From Heptranchias perlo (Eukaryota): 64,000 bases of DNA. Position 1 is the first letter of the stretch. Each line of letters opens with the position of its first letter. Position numbers and translations under genes: made by a program. The notes beneath the pieces were generated by a model. The model made no database searches. It saw only the letters and a program-made list of their open reading frames with translations, and was not told where the DNA came from. The stretch lies in the NCBI RefSeq assembly GCF_035084215.1, contig NC_090326.1, positions 155,558,001 through 155,622,000 of the forward strand, read 5' to 3'. Below are positions 63,157 to 64,000 of this stretch, one piece after another.

Positions 63157-63862
63157 TCCGCTCGGCTCGGCTCCTCTCAGCGCTCTGAAATCCCACCTTT
63201 TATCGGACGCTCCCTCCGCTCGGCTCCTCTCAGCGCTCTGAAATCCCGCCTTTTATCGGACGCTCCCTCCGCTCCGCTCGGCTCCTCTCAGCTGTTCTCA
63301 GCGCTCTGAAATCCCGCCTTTTATCGGACGCTCCCTCCGCTCCGCTCGGCTCCTCTCAGCTGTTCTCAGCGCTCTGAAATCCCGCCTTTTATCGGACGCT
63401 CCCTCCGCTCGGCTCGGCTCCTCTCAGCGCTCTGAAATCCCGCCTTTTATCGGACGCTCCCTCCGCTCGGCTCCTCTCAGCTGTTCTCAGCGCTCTGAAA
63501 TCCCGCCTTTTATCGGACGCTCCCTCCGCTCCGCTCGGCTCCTCTCAGCTGTTCTCAGCGCTCTGAAATCCCGCCTTTTATCGGACGCTCCCTCCGCTCG
63601 GCTCGGCTCCTCTCAGCGCTCTGAAATCCCGCCTTTTATCGGACGCTCCCTCCGCTCGGCTCCTCTCAGCTGTTCTCAGCGCTCTGAAATCCCGCCTTTT
63701 ATCGGACGCTCCCTCCGCTCGGCTCGGCTCCTCTCAGCTGTTCTCAGCGCTCTGAAATCCCGCCTTTTATCGGGCGCTCCCTCCGCTCGGCTCCTCTCAG
63801 CTGTTCTCAGCGCTCTGAAATCCCGCCTTTTATCGGACGCTCCCTCCGCTCGGCTCGGCCCC
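63157..63862 (-). promoter_or_regulatory. Tandem GC/CpG-rich monomers (about 53-68 bp, about 11 copies) forming the CR1 5'UTR; candidate internal promoter
   Basis: gctctgaaatcccgccttttatcggacgctccctccgctc units; on the minus strand each has gataaaaggcggga; TGACGTCA at 63130-63137. Confidence 0.7.
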
Positions 63863-64000
63863 TCTGTCTCCTCTGCTGGATAACTCCTAACTCCTAACTC
63901 CTCTCAGGCTGATGTGAAAATGCTGCTGGCCCAAATCAGAGAAAGGCGCAATGCAATAGTTGGAACCATCACCTGGAGCAGCAAGGGCCATTTGGAAGGA

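Larger units (their letters stand above)
56791..63880 (-). mobile_element. Near full-length young CR1 LINE (5'UTR monomers, ORF1, ORF2, tagaatca tail) with two nested insertions
   Basis: Ordered 5'UTR, ORF1, APE-RT ORF2, 3'UTR and (attctatg)n tail. Confidence 0.95.

Overview
Repeat-dense eukaryotic DNA, most likely from a cartilaginous fish (shark/ray), judged from its CR1 LINEs, Deu-domain SINEs with L2-type tails, L2, Penelope-like, Harbinger and Gypsy remnants. No intact host gene is recognisable, and most listed ORFs are transposon fragments, repeat artefacts or N runs. The main signal is one Penelope-like element (PLE) family inserted three times (about 1.2, 11 and 58 kb) as fold-back structures. 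Each has a 12-13 bp TSD, a 38-45 nt tail on one arm only and a fixed end for the inverted arm. The 11-kb and 58-kb copies carry a minimal hammerhead ribozyme motif (CUGAnGA-A-stemII-GAAA-GC-UU) with a compensatory stem II change between them, and one arm of the 1.2-kb copy starts at the predicted self-cleavage site. Two other PLE-derived relics carry related motifs. The window also holds a near full-length CR1 (56.8-63.9 kb) with two nested insertions, a four-level TE nest (27-31.5 kb), several minisatellites, two protein-like repeat tracts and weak minus-strand exon candidates. Boundaries of degraded repeats are approximate; family names come from motif recognition, not database searches.
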